NCBI GenBank assembly: GCA_964586225.1
Contig: CAZPHD010000002.1
Span: 40,372-104,371 of the forward strand
Source of the DNA: an uncultured Fimbriimonadaceae bacterium
GTDB taxonomy: Bacteria > Armatimonadota > Fimbriimonadia > Fimbriimonadales > Fimbriimonadaceae
Reading direction: 5' to 3'
DNA length: 64,000 bases
Numbering within the stretch: position 1 is the stretch's first letter; the number at the start of each line of letters is the position of its first letter. The notes under the pieces are model-generated. The model did no database searches, was not told the DNA's origin, and worked only from the letters and a program-made list of their open reading frames with translations. Shown here piece by piece: positions 7,080-17,143 of the stretch. The translations under genes were made by a program, and so were the position numbers.

Positions 7080-9854
7080 ATGGACTTCCGAGCGACTCTG
7101 AATCTGCCCGATCCCGGCTTTACGATCCCGATGAAAGCCGACCTGCCCCAGCGCGAACCCCAGCAGTTCGCCGCTTGGCAGGGTATCGGCATTTACAAGC
7201 GCATCCAGGAAGCCCGCGCCGACGCCCCCAGCTTCGTGCTTCATGACGGCCCTCCGTACACCAACAGCCCGATCCATTTGGGGACGGCCATGAACAAGGT
7301 GCTCAAGGATTTCGTGGTGAAGTCGCGGACGCTCCTTGGATTCCGTGCGCCCTACGTGCCCGGGTTCGATAACCACGGCCTGCCCATCGAGCAAGCCGTC
7401 ATGCGCGACTTTCACACCCGTGGCGAAACACCTGATGTCGTCACCCTTCGAAAGGCGTGCCGCGCCCATGCCGACCGCTATCTCAAGCTCCAGTCCGAGC
7501 AGTTCGCGCGCCTCGGCGTCTTTGGCATGTGGGATCGCCCCTACGCGACAATGGATTATGGCTTTGAGGCCGCAATCGTTCGCGTGTTCAAGCGGATGGT
7601 CGAAGGCGGCTACATCTACAAGGGATTGCGCCCGACGCTTTGGTCGCCGACCTCGCGAACTGCGTTGGCCGACACCGAGATCGTGTACCAAGAGCACACG
7701 AGTCGCTCCATCTATGTCCGATTTCCCCTGCAACGCGACCCAAATCAGGTGCTAGCTCGGTTCCCCAATCTCTTCACGGTGATCTGGACAACGACGCCCT
7801 GGACGATTCCGGCGAATATGGCGGTTGCCTTTCACCCGCAGCTCGAATACGTCGTGGTGCGCGTCGGCGAAGCTCACTATTTGCTCCTCGGCGATCTGCT
7901 CGAGAAGACTGCAGCTAAGGTGGGATGGACCGGATACGAAGTTGTCGAGCGAATGGATGGCATCACCTTCGACGGTTGCGTCTTCGGCCACCCGATCTTC
8001 GATCGCGACTCGATTGCGGTGATGGCGGACTACGTTACGACCGAAGACGGCACCGGTGTCGTGCACACCGCCCCCGGCCATGGTCGAGACGACTTCTACA
8101 CCGGTCAGAAGTATGGGCTGCCCGTGCTTTGCCCGGTCGACGAGCGCGGTATCCTCACTGAAGAGGCGGGCGAGTTCGCCGGCGTTAGCTATAAGGATTG
8201 CGACACCGTCGTGGTTGAGCGACTTCGAGAACTCGGGGCGCTACTGTTCGACGAAGATTACGTCCACAGCTACCCGCACGCCGAGCGTGATGGCAAACCG
8301 GTCATCTTCCGCGCGACGGAACAGTGGTTTGTCGCGATCGACCATGATGATCTGCGCGGCCGGGCATTGCGAGAGATCGACCCTGAAAACGGTGGCGTTC
8401 AGTGGTACCCGCCAAGCGGCCACAACCGGATCTCTTCCATGGTCGTCAACCGTCCCGATTGGTGCATCTCGCGCCAGCGGCCGTGGGGCGTGGGAATCCC
8501 CGTGTTCTACGGCGCAACCTCACGCGAGCCGGTGCTGGACCCCGTGGCGATCGAAGCGGTCGCCCAGTTGGTCGAGCGCGAAGGTTCGGACGCGTGGTTC
8601 GAAAAGTCACCCGCCGAGATTCTCCCCGCCGGCTACGCGCACCCGGTCACCGGTGAAACCGAGTTCACCAAAGAAACCGACGTGCTTGATGTCTGGTTCG
8701 ACAGCGGCTCCACCTCGCTGGCCGTGCTCGAAGGCAATGTTGAGCCGCGCTGGGCTGAGAAGTGGCCCGCAGACGTGTATCTTGAAGGTTCCGACCAGCA
8801 TCGCGGTTGGTTCAACTCGTCGCTCATCATCGGCATGGCAACTCGCGGCGAACCCCCTTACCGCGCCGTCGTAACCCACGGCTTCGTCGTCGACAAGAAC
8901 GGGCTCAAGATGTCCAAGCGGCTGGGCAACATCATCGACCCGATCGACGTCTGCGACAAGTTCGGCGCCGACATCCTGCGCTACTGGGTGGCCAGCGTGG
9001 ATTGGGCCAACGATGTCCCCTGCTACGATGAGCTCCTTAAGCAAATCGGCGAGCAGTACCGAACCGTCCGCAACACGATGCGGTTCCTGCTGGGCAATCT
9101 CGGCGACTACATCGACCCCTACGATGGCCTCATGGAGGACGTCGACGACTGGGCGATCGAGCAGACCGATCTCCTCATTGCCGAATGCGCCGATGCCTAT
9201 CGAAGCTACGATTTCGGCGCGGTGATCACGGCCGTTCACAACTTCTGCGCCCGCGAGATGTCGAGGTTCTACATCGACGCGATCAAAGATCGGATGTATT
9301 GCGATGGCGCCGCGTGGCCCGCGCGTCGCTCCGCTCAGCGCGCCTGCCATTACGCGCTGCTGAACCTTGTTCGGCTGGTCGCGCCCATCCTGCCGTTCAC
9401 TGCGGAAGAGGTCTACGCGCGCATCCCGGCCTACAACCCGTTGTTCTCCGTCCATGCGGAAGTGCTCCCCGAACCGACCGCCGAGCGTCTCGCCGAGATC
9501 GAAGGCAGTGCCCGCCAGCAGTGCTTCGCGGCGGTGATCGCCGAGCGAGCCGACGCCTTTGCCGCGTTCGAAATCTGGAAGCCCACCGCCGAAGTCAAGG
9601 ACTCCCAAGACGTGATCGTCACCATCAGCAACTCCGCGGAGCAGCTTGAACCGCTGCGGCAGTTTGCCCCCAGCGAACTCGCTAATCTCTTCAAGATGAG
9701 CGAAGTGGAACTGGTCGAGGGTCCCGAGGCGTTTACCTTCCGAGTGAGCCACCATCCCAAGTGTGAGCGGAGTCGCCTACGTCGCCCTGATGTCCGGGAG
9801 ATCAATGGGCATTGGCTTTCCGAGCGTGACGCACGGGCGGTCGGATGGGCTTAG
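7080..9854 (+). CDS. ileS: Isoleucine--tRNA ligase
   Basis: 924 aa. [19 protein letters not shown] (HIGH region), KMSKRLGN (KMSKS), and a [10 protein letters not shown] editing/CP1 junction. Confidence 0.95.
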   Translation: MDFRATLNLPDPGFTIPMKADLPQREPQQFAAWQGIGIYKRIQEARADAPSFVLHDGPPYTNSPIHLGTAMNKVLKDFVVKSRTLLGFRAPYVPGFDNHGLPIEQAVMRDFHTRGETPDVVTLRKACRAHADRYLKLQSEQFARLGVFGMWDRPYATMDYGFEAAIVRVFKRMVEGGYIYKGLRPTLWSPTSRTALADTEIVYQEHTSRSIYVRFPLQRDPNQVLARFPNLFTVIWTTTPWTIPANMAVAFHPQLEYVVVRVGEAHYLLLGDLLEKTAAKVGWTGYEVVERMDGITFDGCVFGHPIFDRDSIAVMADYVTTEDGTGVVHTAPGHGRDDFYTGQKYGLPVLCPVDERGILTEEAGEFAGVSYKDCDTVVVERLRELGALLFDEDYVHSYPHAERDGKPVIFRATEQWFVAIDHDDLRGRALREIDPENGGVQWYPPSGHNRISSMVVNRPDWCISRQRPWGVGIPVFYGATSREPVLDPVAIEAVAQLVEREGSDAWFEKSPAEILPAGYAHPVTGETEFTKETDVLDVWFDSGSTSLAVLEGNVEPRWAEKWPADVYLEGSDQHRGWFNSSLIIGMATRGEPPYRAVVTHGFVVDKNGLKMSKRLGNIIDPIDVCDKFGADILRYWVASVDWANDVPCYDELLKQIGEQYRTVRNTMRFLLGNLGDYIDPYDGLMEDVDDWAIEQTDLLIAECADAYRSYDFGAVITAVHNFCAREMSRFYIDAIKDRMYCDGAAWPARRSAQRACHYALLNLVRLVAPILPFTAEEVYARIPAYNPLFSVHAEVLPEPTAERLAEIEGSARQQCFAAVIAERADAFAAFEIWKPTAEVKDSQDVIVTISNSAEQLEPLRQFAPSELANLFKMSEVELVEGPEAFTFRVSHHPKCERSRLRRPDVREINGHWLSERDARAVGWA

Positions 9855-10342
9855 GTTCGGCACGCACGATCTGGCTCATCACGTTCTTCTCGACGATCAT
9901 TCTTGATCAGGTTGTGAAGGCGCTGACCCGAACGTACATCCCCCTTGGTGGGCACGGGTGGGACCTCATCCCCGGCCTGATCGGTCTGCGTCACGCCGAG
10001 AACTACGGCGTGGCCTTTGGACAACTCCAGGGTTGGGGTAGGTATCTCGCCCCCATCGCCCTCGTCATCACCTTCCTCGCATGGCGACACACGGTCAAGC
10101 ATCCCAACGACTCCAAGTGGATCCATGTCGCACTCGGTTTGCTCGCCTCGGGCGCGATCGGCAACATGATCGATCGCGTGTGGCGGGGCAAAGTCACCGA
10201 CATGTTCGAGCTCCAGTTCACCAACTTCCCCGTGTTCAACATCGCGGATGCCTGCATCACCGTCGCCGCGATCATCCTCATCTTCGTGTGGAGCAAGATC
10301 GACAGCAAAGAGCCCGAAGCCGAGGTGACTCGTGCCAGCTGA
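9845..10342 (+). CDS. lspA: Lipoprotein signal peptidase II
   Basis: NYGVAFG, GAIGNMIDR and FNIADACI motifs. Classic ileS-lspA pairing with a 10-nt overlap. Confidence 0.9.
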   Translation: MGLGSARTIWLITFFSTIILDQVVKALTRTYIPLGGHGWDLIPGLIGLRHAENYGVAFGQLQGWGRYLAPIALVITFLAWRHTVKHPNDSKWIHVALGLLASGAIGNMIDRVWRGKVTDMFELQFTNFPVFNIADACITVAAIILIFVWSKIDSKEPEAEVTRAS

Positions 10343-11171
10343 GTTGCTCGGCGCCCACGTCCCCATCAAGGGAGGACTCGGCGCCGCCGTGCGAGCCGGC
10401 CACGCCATGGGCTGCACCGCCCTGCAAGTCTTCACCTCGTCGCCGCGCCAATGGTACAGCGCCCCCGTCAGCGACGAGCAAATCTTCGACTTCCAGCGCG
10501 CCCGCGAAGAAACCGGCATCGTCGACGTCGTCAGTCACGATAGCTACCTCATCAACCTCTGCGCCCCCACCCCCGAAATCGCCGAGAAGAGCTTTCAGGG
10601 CCTCAAGGGCGAGATAGAGCGATGCGCGCGCTACGGCATCGACCGCGTCGTGTCGCACCTCGCCAGCTATAAGGGCCAGGACCCCGGCGAGACGCTGCTC
10701 GTGGTCGCCGAACGTGTGCTTGAAGTGCTCGCCGAAACACCCGACTCGGTCACCCTCCTCATGGAAACCACCGCCGGGCAAGGAAGCTCCATCAACTCGC
10801 GGTTTGAAGAAATGGCAATCCTGCTCGAGCAAACGAAGGGCCATCCCCGCCTCGGCGTGTGTTTGGACACGTGCCACGTGTTCGCCGCGGGATACGACAT
10901 CCGCACCGATGAGGGCTATGCGAAGACGTTTGCGCAGTTCGATGCCTTGGTGGGCTTGGACCGGCTTCGCGCGATCCATGTGAACGACAGTATGAAGCCG
11001 TTTGGCTCGCGGGTGGATCGCCACGCCGACATCGGCGAAGGCGAAATCGGCCCGCGAGCTTTCGAGCTGCTGGTGAATGACGAGCGCTTCCGCCGCGTGC
11101 CGATGCTGCTGGAGACGGACGCCGAGCGCCACCAGGAGAATCTCGACCGGCTGAAGAGCTTACGGCACTAA
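10332..11171 (+). CDS. nfo: Endonuclease IV (AP endonuclease, TIM barrel)
   Basis: LLGAHVPIKGGL..., LMETTAGQGSS, GVCLDTCHVFAAGYD, HVNDS...GSRVDRHADIGEGEIG. Confidence 0.9.
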   Translation: MPAELLGAHVPIKGGLGAAVRAGHAMGCTALQVFTSSPRQWYSAPVSDEQIFDFQRAREETGIVDVVSHDSYLINLCAPTPEIAEKSFQGLKGEIERCARYGIDRVVSHLASYKGQDPGETLLVVAERVLEVLAETPDSVTLLMETTAGQGSSINSRFEEMAILLEQTKGHPRLGVCLDTCHVFAAGYDIRTDEGYAKTFAQFDALVGLDRLRAIHVNDSMKPFGSRVDRHADIGEGEIGPRAFELLVNDERFRRVPMLLETDAERHQENLDRLKSLRH

Positions 11172-11208
11172 CTCCTCTCCGCTCCGGCGGGCAGGGGGCC
11201 CGGGGGGG

Positions 11209-11595
11209 TTATCCCGACGTCTCTGCTCGAAATGGGAGCACCGTCGCCCGTGCTCGGTAGAGGTCAATGGTCACCAATGCTCCTTGTTCCAGCAGGGGCC
11301 AAACGGAACGCAATGCATGCACAACGTGATCACCGACGACTGTAGGGTCGACTTGCTGAGTTCTCAGCTGAACGCAACTTGGCCCGGTTGCGTTGGTGAG
11401 TGCGAGGAGTGTGCCAAAGTCCAGATCGTTTGTGAACACCGCGAGGTCATGTTCAAGGGCATAACGCATGATCGTCGCATCCGGAGCATCGGACAAGCCG
11501 ACCGTGCTCCAATGAACTGACACTATTGCAGCCCTTTCAAGAACCTGGACCCAAGAAGGCGACAGGTTCATGTCAATGAGAAGACCACGAATCAT
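11209..11595 (-). CDS. DUF5615-type PIN-like putative toxin
   Basis: 128 aa. LLIDMNLSP...VFTNDLDFG pattern typical of the Mut7-C/DUF5615 family. 4-nt overlap with the upstream DUF433 gene. Confidence 0.6.
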   Translation of the reverse strand: MIRGLLIDMNLSPSWVQVLERAAIVSVHWSTVGLSDAPDATIMRYALEHDLAVFTNDLDFGTLLALTNATGPSCVQLRTQQVDPTVVGDHVVHALRSVWPLLEQGALVTIDLYRARATVLPFRAETSG

Positions 11596-11816
11596 GTAAC
11601 GACGACTTCGTGCTCGCCCACCCTCAGGGCAGCATAGGCCAAAGACTGCCGAACGTCTTCGACGGTAACGTAGGGATAAAGCTCTAAAAGGCGTTGCTCT
11701 GAGGCACCGGAGGCCAGAAGCCCGACGATTGTCGCGACCGTGACGCGGGTCCCCTTGATGCAGGGGCGTCCTCCCATGACCTCGGGGTCGATTGAAATGC
11801 GATCAAGAGCGTTCAT
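11592..11816 (-). CDS. DUF433-type putative antitoxin
   Basis: Start taken at the internal ATG (MNALDRISIDPEVMGGRPCIKGTRVTVATIV...). GGRPCIKGTR is the DUF433 signature. The longer ORF to 11957 is probably an over-extension. Confidence 0.65.
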   Translation of the reverse strand: MNALDRISIDPEVMGGRPCIKGTRVTVATIVGLLASGASEQRLLELYPYVTVEDVRQSLAYAALRVGEHEVVVT

Positions 11817-11970
11817 CAGTTTCTTAGACGTTGGATAGTCTGGGTTCAGATCACCCGTCGCGCATCCGCAAGTTGGTGGGCGTGGAAATGACATCATCGC
11901 GCGTGTGGTTATGGGTTCAGCACATTGAATCATCGCACCCGCTTCCTGGGATCTCAACCCGACATCATCA

Positions 11971-14382
11971 CTACGGTCGAAGCTCGTAACGTTCTCCCTT
12001 CACGGTGGCGAACTCGATCACGCCATCGCCCAACGCCTTCACATCGACGCGACGCCGGTCATGAGTGACTTGGAGCGACGGGGTCGCCCGGACACGGCAG
12101 ATGCCACCCGCCTGCGAAAGGATGCTGAGCGAGGTCACTTGGCGATGCTTCCATTTGAAGTCCAACTCAAACCCACCTCGCGCGACCACGCCTCGCATCG
12201 ATCCCTCCGCCCAGTCGGCCGGGAGGGCGGGGAGGAGCTTGATGTGGCCGTCGTGCGATTGCATGAGCATCTCCATCACGGCGGCTGTCACGCCAAGCGT
12301 GCCATCCACTTGGAGGGCCCGGCCGCACAGGGCGAACAACTGCGCGCAGCTCTGATCGTTCAAGTATTTGTGGAAGATCCGGTTCGCGCGGTCGCCATCG
12401 CCGAGCCTCGCCCACAGCGCCATCTTCCACGCCATCGACCAGCCGGTGCCGCCGTCGCCGCGCTCTTCGAGCACCTTCTTGTAGCTGTCGATGAGGGCGG
12501 GCGTGCGCTTATCCCAGAGGACTCGGCCGGGATAGAGGCCATAAAGATGCGAAAAGTGACGGTGCTGCTTTTCGAGCGACTTCCAATCATCGGCCCACTC
12601 TTGAAGGGCGCCATCCGACCCAACTTGCGGCGGAACCAGGCGTTCTCGCGCGGCCGAGACCTTTGCGGCAAGTTCGGTGGTGATGTTTAGATCAGCAACG
12701 GCTTCTAAGTAATAGCCGAACAGATCGTGCAGAATCTGCATATCGATCGAGCTTCCGGCGCAGATGCTGGTGCCGGGAAGCGTAAAGCCGACAAACTCGT
12801 CATAGTATGGCTTATTGCCGCCGCCACTTGGAAAGTTCTCTGGAGATGTCGACGGGTTGGTAACGAGCCACTTGCCGTTCGGATGCTCGACCAGAAAGTC
12901 TAAGAAAAACCGGATGCTGCCTTCAATGATAGGAAGTTTGTCTTTGAGGAACTGCCTGTCTTGGGTGTATTGATAGTGCTCCCAGATATGAGTGCATAGC
13001 CAAGCCCCGCCTACGGTAAAGGTGCCCCACGTGGGACCATCCATTGGCGCCGCCACTCGCCAAAGGTCGGTGTTCTGATGGAATACCCAGCCGCTCGCGC
13101 CATAGTGCTCCTTCGCAACCTCGGCCCCTTGGTCCGATACTTCACGGATCAACCGGAATAGGGGCTCGTTCAACTCGGCGAGGTTGGTCGAGTTGGCCAG
13201 CCAGTAGTTCATCTCCGTGTTGATGTTGGTGGTGTATTTGGAGTCCCACATGGGGTTCATGTCGTCGTTCCAAATCCCTTGGAGATTGGCGGGTTCAGTG
13301 CCGGGACGCGATGAGCTGATGAGCACGTACTTGCCAAAGTTAAACGCGAGCGCAGCAAGACTGGGATCGGGATCTGTTCTCGCGGCTACCTTACGTTCCG
13401 GGGTAGACAGACCCGAGTTCTTACCGATCGGCAGCGAAATCGAAGATCTCTGAAAGAGTGACTGGTAGTCTTTAACTGATACGTCGCGCATCGCTCCGTA
13501 TCGCTTGCCCTCAAGGTGCTTGAGGTAATCCAGCACCCTCGCGTGTTCATCACCAGAAACATCACGATAAGTGACGAAGTTCGTTGCCGCGACAAACACG
13601 AGCGTGACCGAGTTGGCGTTGTTGATCGTGAGGTCGTTGCCGCGGAGCAACATCGTGCCGCCCTCCGGGTACGCGCGCACGCGCCCTTCGTAGCGGAGTT
13701 TGCCCGCGATGCCCAAGTAGTCGGCGGACTTGCCGGTCACGCTCAGCATGTCCGGTGCCAACGGGTTCATCTGGAAGTAGTCGGTGCCGTAGTTCGAGTG
13801 AGCGGTATTTCTGACTCCGCGCAGGTTAACGACGAGCGACAGCGATTCCGGCTTGCTCGCGGTCAATCGAACGACGACCGCTTGATCGGGAGCGGAAGCG
13901 AACACTTCGCGCTCGTACTGCACGTCGCCCACGCGATAACTGACCTGGCTCAAGCCCGTCCGCAGGTCGAGCGATCGTCGGTAGTCGGTCGCTTCGTTCC
14001 CGTGCGCCATGATCAAGTGCAGGTTCGCTAGGTTCTGATATTTTTGCTGCTCAATGGGGTAGCCCATGAGCTTGCGGCCGAAGAGCGTGTGCGCTTCGAA
14101 CAGTCGCTCCTCGAAGACGAGTCTCTGGATCGCGGGCAAGTGCTCGTGGCCGCCTTTGACTACGGTAGAGTAGGGTCCGCCACTCCAATAGGTCTCTTCA
14201 TTGAGCTGGAGCCGCTCCTCGCCGACGGTGCCAAAGACCATGGCCCCGAGCCGCCCGTTGCCCACCGGCAGGGCCTCCTGCCAGTTCTTGGCGGGGCTCG
14301 AATACCAGAGCGTCGTGGACGGATCCATGGCCATAGCCGATGCCGTGAGGATGGCGGTTAGAAGGAAGCCTGCGGCTCGCAT
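11971..14382 (-). CDS. Glycoside hydrolase family 95 (alpha-L-fucosidase-like), secreted
   Basis: 803 aa with a signal peptide. LWYSSPAKNWQEALPVGNGRLGAMVFG...EETYWSGGP is the GH95 N-terminal signature. It has an (alpha/alpha)6 region. Confidence 0.85.
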   Translation of the reverse strand: MRAAGFLLTAILTASAMAMDPSTTLWYSSPAKNWQEALPVGNGRLGAMVFGTVGEERLQLNEETYWSGGPYSTVVKGGHEHLPAIQRLVFEERLFEAHTLFGRKLMGYPIEQQKYQNLANLHLIMAHGNEATDYRRSLDLRTGLSQVSYRVGDVQYEREVFASAPDQAVVVRLTASKPESLSLVVNLRGVRNTAHSNYGTDYFQMNPLAPDMLSVTGKSADYLGIAGKLRYEGRVRAYPEGGTMLLRGNDLTINNANSVTLVFVAATNFVTYRDVSGDEHARVLDYLKHLEGKRYGAMRDVSVKDYQSLFQRSSISLPIGKNSGLSTPERKVAARTDPDPSLAALAFNFGKYVLISSSRPGTEPANLQGIWNDDMNPMWDSKYTTNINTEMNYWLANSTNLAELNEPLFRLIREVSDQGAEVAKEHYGASGWVFHQNTDLWRVAAPMDGPTWGTFTVGGAWLCTHIWEHYQYTQDRQFLKDKLPIIEGSIRFFLDFLVEHPNGKWLVTNPSTSPENFPSGGGNKPYYDEFVGFTLPGTSICAGSSIDMQILHDLFGYYLEAVADLNITTELAAKVSAARERLVPPQVGSDGALQEWADDWKSLEKQHRHFSHLYGLYPGRVLWDKRTPALIDSYKKVLEERGDGGTGWSMAWKMALWARLGDGDRANRIFHKYLNDQSCAQLFALCGRALQVDGTLGVTAAVMEMLMQSHDGHIKLLPALPADWAEGSMRGVVARGGFELDFKWKHRQVTSLSILSQAGGICRVRATPSLQVTHDRRRVDVKALGDGVIEFATVKGERYELRP

Positions 14383-14391
14383 CTCGCCAGT

Positions 14392-15315
14392 CTACGCAAG
14401 GTCGCCCCAGAGAATCTCGCCCTGCACCTCGCCTTCAACCGCAACATTCCCTCCGAGAAGCGCGTGGCGCACGTCGCCGCAGCGCACGTTTGAGCCCGGC
14501 AGGATCACGCAATCTTCCAAGCGACCCGCGACGACCGTGGCACCGTCCCCAATAACGACACCGGACCCCAACTCCGCCGTCACCTGCGCATCTCCGATCA
14601 GGTTCTCGCCGCCCGTCAGGAAGGCACTGGTTTCGAGGAAGGAATCAAGCGTGCCGGTGTCGAACCAGGTTCCCTCATAAACGCCTGCCAGCACGGTGTG
14701 CCCAAGGTCAATGAGCCGCTGAATCGCGTCGGTGATCTCATACTCTCCTCGTGCGCTCGGGGCGAGGTCAGGCAAGACGCTCCATATCTGAGGGCCAAAG
14801 AAGTACAGCCCCGCCATCGCGAGATTGCTCTCCGGCTCCTTTGGTTTCTCAACGAGCTTGACGATCCGCTCGCCGTCGACATTCGCCACGCCAAAGCGGC
14901 TCGGATCTTCGACGGGCTTCACAATGTTCAAGTTTGCGCATCCAGATTCTACAAATCGCTGCGCGTGATCGGCGAATCCTTCGCTGTAGATCGCGTCGCC
15001 AAGGTACATCACGAACGGGTCGCCTGCGACGAACTCCTCGGCAAACGAGAGCGCATGGGCGAGGCCCTTGGGTTCCATTTGACGCACATAGGACAGCGAC
15101 ACGCCATAGCCGGACCCGTCACCGAGGGCATCTCGCATCGCGCCCTCGTTTTCGCCAACGACGAGCGCGATCTCGGTGACGCCGATCTCCTTGAGCCTCT
15201 CGAAGGCAAAGGCTAAGGTCGGTCGGTTCGCAAGCGGAAGCAACGGCTTCGGGATGCGATGTGTGACTGGATAGAGTCGCGAGCCCTTGCCCGCCGCCAA
15301 AATGACGCCTTTCAT
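14392..15315 (-). CDS. Sugar-phosphate nucleotidyltransferase (glucose-1-phosphate thymidylyl/uridylyltransferase-like) with a C-terminal left-handed beta-helix
   Basis: MKGVILAAGKGSRLYPVTHRIPKPLLPLANRP (GxGxR nucleotidyltransferase motif). Hexapeptide-like C-terminus. Confidence 0.8.
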   Translation of the reverse strand: MKGVILAAGKGSRLYPVTHRIPKPLLPLANRPTLAFAFERLKEIGVTEIALVVGENEGAMRDALGDGSGYGVSLSYVRQMEPKGLAHALSFAEEFVAGDPFVMYLGDAIYSEGFADHAQRFVESGCANLNIVKPVEDPSRFGVANVDGERIVKLVEKPKEPESNLAMAGLYFFGPQIWSVLPDLAPSARGEYEITDAIQRLIDLGHTVLAGVYEGTWFDTGTLDSFLETSAFLTGGENLIGDAQVTAELGSGVVIGDGATVVAGRLEDCVILPGSNVRCGDVRHALLGGNVAVEGEVQGEILWGDLA

Positions 15316-15356
15316 GTGAACTCAAGCTTACCGAACGCCCAGCAACGCGCTAGACT

Positions 15357-15911
15357 ATGAGTGCTTTGCGGTACTTCGTTTACGCTCCGAATGGTCAGCG
15401 CTTTGGCCCGGCCGATCTGCCCACCCTTCAGCAGTGGGTAAGCGAGGGTCGCGTGTTGCCGAGTTCCTTGGTTGAGCAAGAACTAAGTGGGGATCGAATG
15501 GCGGCGAGCGCGGTACCCGGGCTTCAGTTCGCTGGAAATGCTCCCTATGGTCCAAGCGCTCCGATGGGTGGCGTTCAGCAACCAGGGCAAACGCCGTACG
15601 CTTCTTATCACCGTCCGGGAATGAGTGGGCCCTCGCCGGTGACGGTGCCGGGAAACAATGAGATCACGATCTCGTGGATCTGCGGAGCGGTTGGTATCTC
15701 AACCTTCTTTGGGTGCGTGTGGTTTCCTTTCGGCGGATTAGCACCGATCATCCTTGGCGGGATCGGAATGTGGCAAGGTGCGAAAGCTCGTGACCTGGGC
15801 CACTCCCAAGGGCAGAGCGCCTACGTGTTTTCGCTGGTCGTGTTGGTTCTCGGCATCGTGGGCCTCGTGTCTTGCCTGGGCATGTTTGTATGGGCAGCGG
15901 CCATGTCCTGA
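15357..15911 (+). CDS. GYF_2 (DUF4339)-like domain membrane protein
   Basis: YFVYAPNGQRFGPADLPTLQQWVSEGRV at the N-terminus, a Pro/Gly-rich linker, and two C-terminal TM helices. The 3' end overlaps the convergent waaA ORF by 91 nt. Confidence 0.5.
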   Translation: MSALRYFVYAPNGQRFGPADLPTLQQWVSEGRVLPSSLVEQELSGDRMAASAVPGLQFAGNAPYGPSAPMGGVQQPGQTPYASYHRPGMSGPSPVTVPGNNEITISWICGAVGISTFFGCVWFPFGGLAPIILGGIGMWQGAKARDLGHSQGQSAYVFSLVVLVLGIVGLVSCLGMFVWAAAMS

Positions 15912-17143
15912 ATCGCAAGGGCGTATCGGCGACTTGCGCCCGCGTTTGCTTCGACGAAGGTTCGCCCCGCCTCGCCCATTGAGGCGGCCCTCGCCTGATG
16001 ACCCAGAACGTCTTGAACCGCGCTGCGAAGCTCCGATGGGGAGTGCACCACCGACGTTGCCCCCACGCGGCCAGCGGCTTCCGCCACATCGCGGAAGTTG
16101 TGCATATGGGGGCCATGCACGACGGGTTTGCCATGGGCGAGCGCCTGAAGCAAATTCTGCCCGCCATAGTCGCCAAATCCGCCACCAATGATGACGACGT
16201 CCGCGACGCTGTACACCTTTGCGAGTTCGCCGTAGGTGTCGAGTACGAGGCGCTGCCCCTGGTCCCCGCGGCTTCGGCGACCGGTTACTCCCAATCGCGC
16301 CGCCATCCCCGTCGCAACCGCGTCGGCCCGCTCAAGATGACGCGGAGCCCACACGATCGCCACGTCGTCCTTGATCGGCTCCAGCGCGTCGAGCACAAAC
16401 TTCTCTTCATCCTCACCGCGAGTCGAACCCACCACGATCACCGGCAGTCCAACAGGCAGACCGAGCTCTGATCGCCACTCGGCGGGATCGGCATCCAGCC
16501 CGTCGACCGCTTGATCAAACTTGCAGTTGCCGAACACTTCGGGTGAGCTCGCGCCGAGTGCCTCGACCCGTCGGGCATCCTCCTCGGTTTGCATCAGGAC
16601 GCGATCCAGATGCGCCAACAGCGGTCGATAGAAGAAGCGCACTTTCTGAGAGCGGCGGAAGGATCGATCGCTGATCCTGCCATTGATCAGGAGCGTTTGC
16701 GCGCCGATGGCTTTGGCCGCCCATAGGAAGTTGAACCAGAGCTCGGTCTCCATGATCGCGACCACGTCGGGCCGGATGCGCGTCATTGCCGCCAGTTGAA
16801 AGCGCGCGAGATCGATCGGGAAATAGACGAGCTCGTCGTAGAGGTCAACCGCATGCTCGCGGGCCGTGTGGTGGCCGCTACTGGTCGTGACTGAGAGCAC
16901 CAGGTGATGCTCTGGCATCAGAGCGCGAACCTGGCGCAACACTGGTAGCACCGCCATCACCTCACCGACTGACACGGCGTGAATCCAGATCGCGGGCTTA
17001 CCCTTCGGGATCTGGATGTGCATATAGTTGCCGGTACGCTCTTTCCAGTTCGGTGCCTCTGCGCGTCGTTGCGAGCGCACGAGCATCCACGTCAGCCAAA
17101 TCGGGCTGAGCAGAAGCGCAAGCAGGTTGTAGATCAGGAACAT
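15821..17143 (-). CDS. waaA: 3-deoxy-D-manno-octulosonic acid (Kdo) transferase
   Basis: WIHAVSVGEVMAVLPV motif and GT30-type architecture. Overlaps the purC stop by 10 nt. Confidence 0.85.
   Translation of the reverse strand: MFLIYNLLALLLSPIWLTWMLVRSQRRAEAPNWKERTGNYMHIQIPKGKPAIWIHAVSVGEVMAVLPVLRQVRALMPEHHLVLSVTTSSGHHTAREHAVDLYDELVYFPIDLARFQLAAMTRIRPDVVAIMETELWFNFLWAAKAIGAQTLLINGRISDRSFRRSQKVRFFYRPLLAHLDRVLMQTEEDARRVEALGASSPEVFGNCKFDQAVDGLDADPAEWRSELGLPVGLPVIVVGSTRGEDEEKFVLDALEPIKDDVAIVWAPRHLERADAVATGMAARLGVTGRRSRGDQGQRLVLDTYGELAKVYSVADVVIIGGGFGDYGGQNLLQALAHGKPVVHGPHMHNFRDVAEAAGRVGATSVVHSPSELRSAVQDVLGHQARAASMGEAGRTFVEANAGASRRYALAIQDMAAAHTNMPRQDTRPTMPRTNTTSENT

Noticed and set aside
11172-11208. 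G-rich run (GGCGGGCAGGGGGCCCGGGGGGG) between convergent nfo and the DUF5615 gene, considered as a G-quadruplex or terminator.
   Set aside because: There are only three clear G-tracts and no convincing stem or U-tract. It is weaker than the 57662-57688 motif, so it was not promoted to a finding.
15821-15911. 91-nt convergent overlap of the waaA 3' end with the GYF-domain membrane protein gene, considered as a sign of mis-annotation or a frameshift.
   Set aside because: Both frames stay open. The waaA tail is low-complexity and could simply run on to the first stop. There is no evidence of a frameshift, so it is left as annotated.
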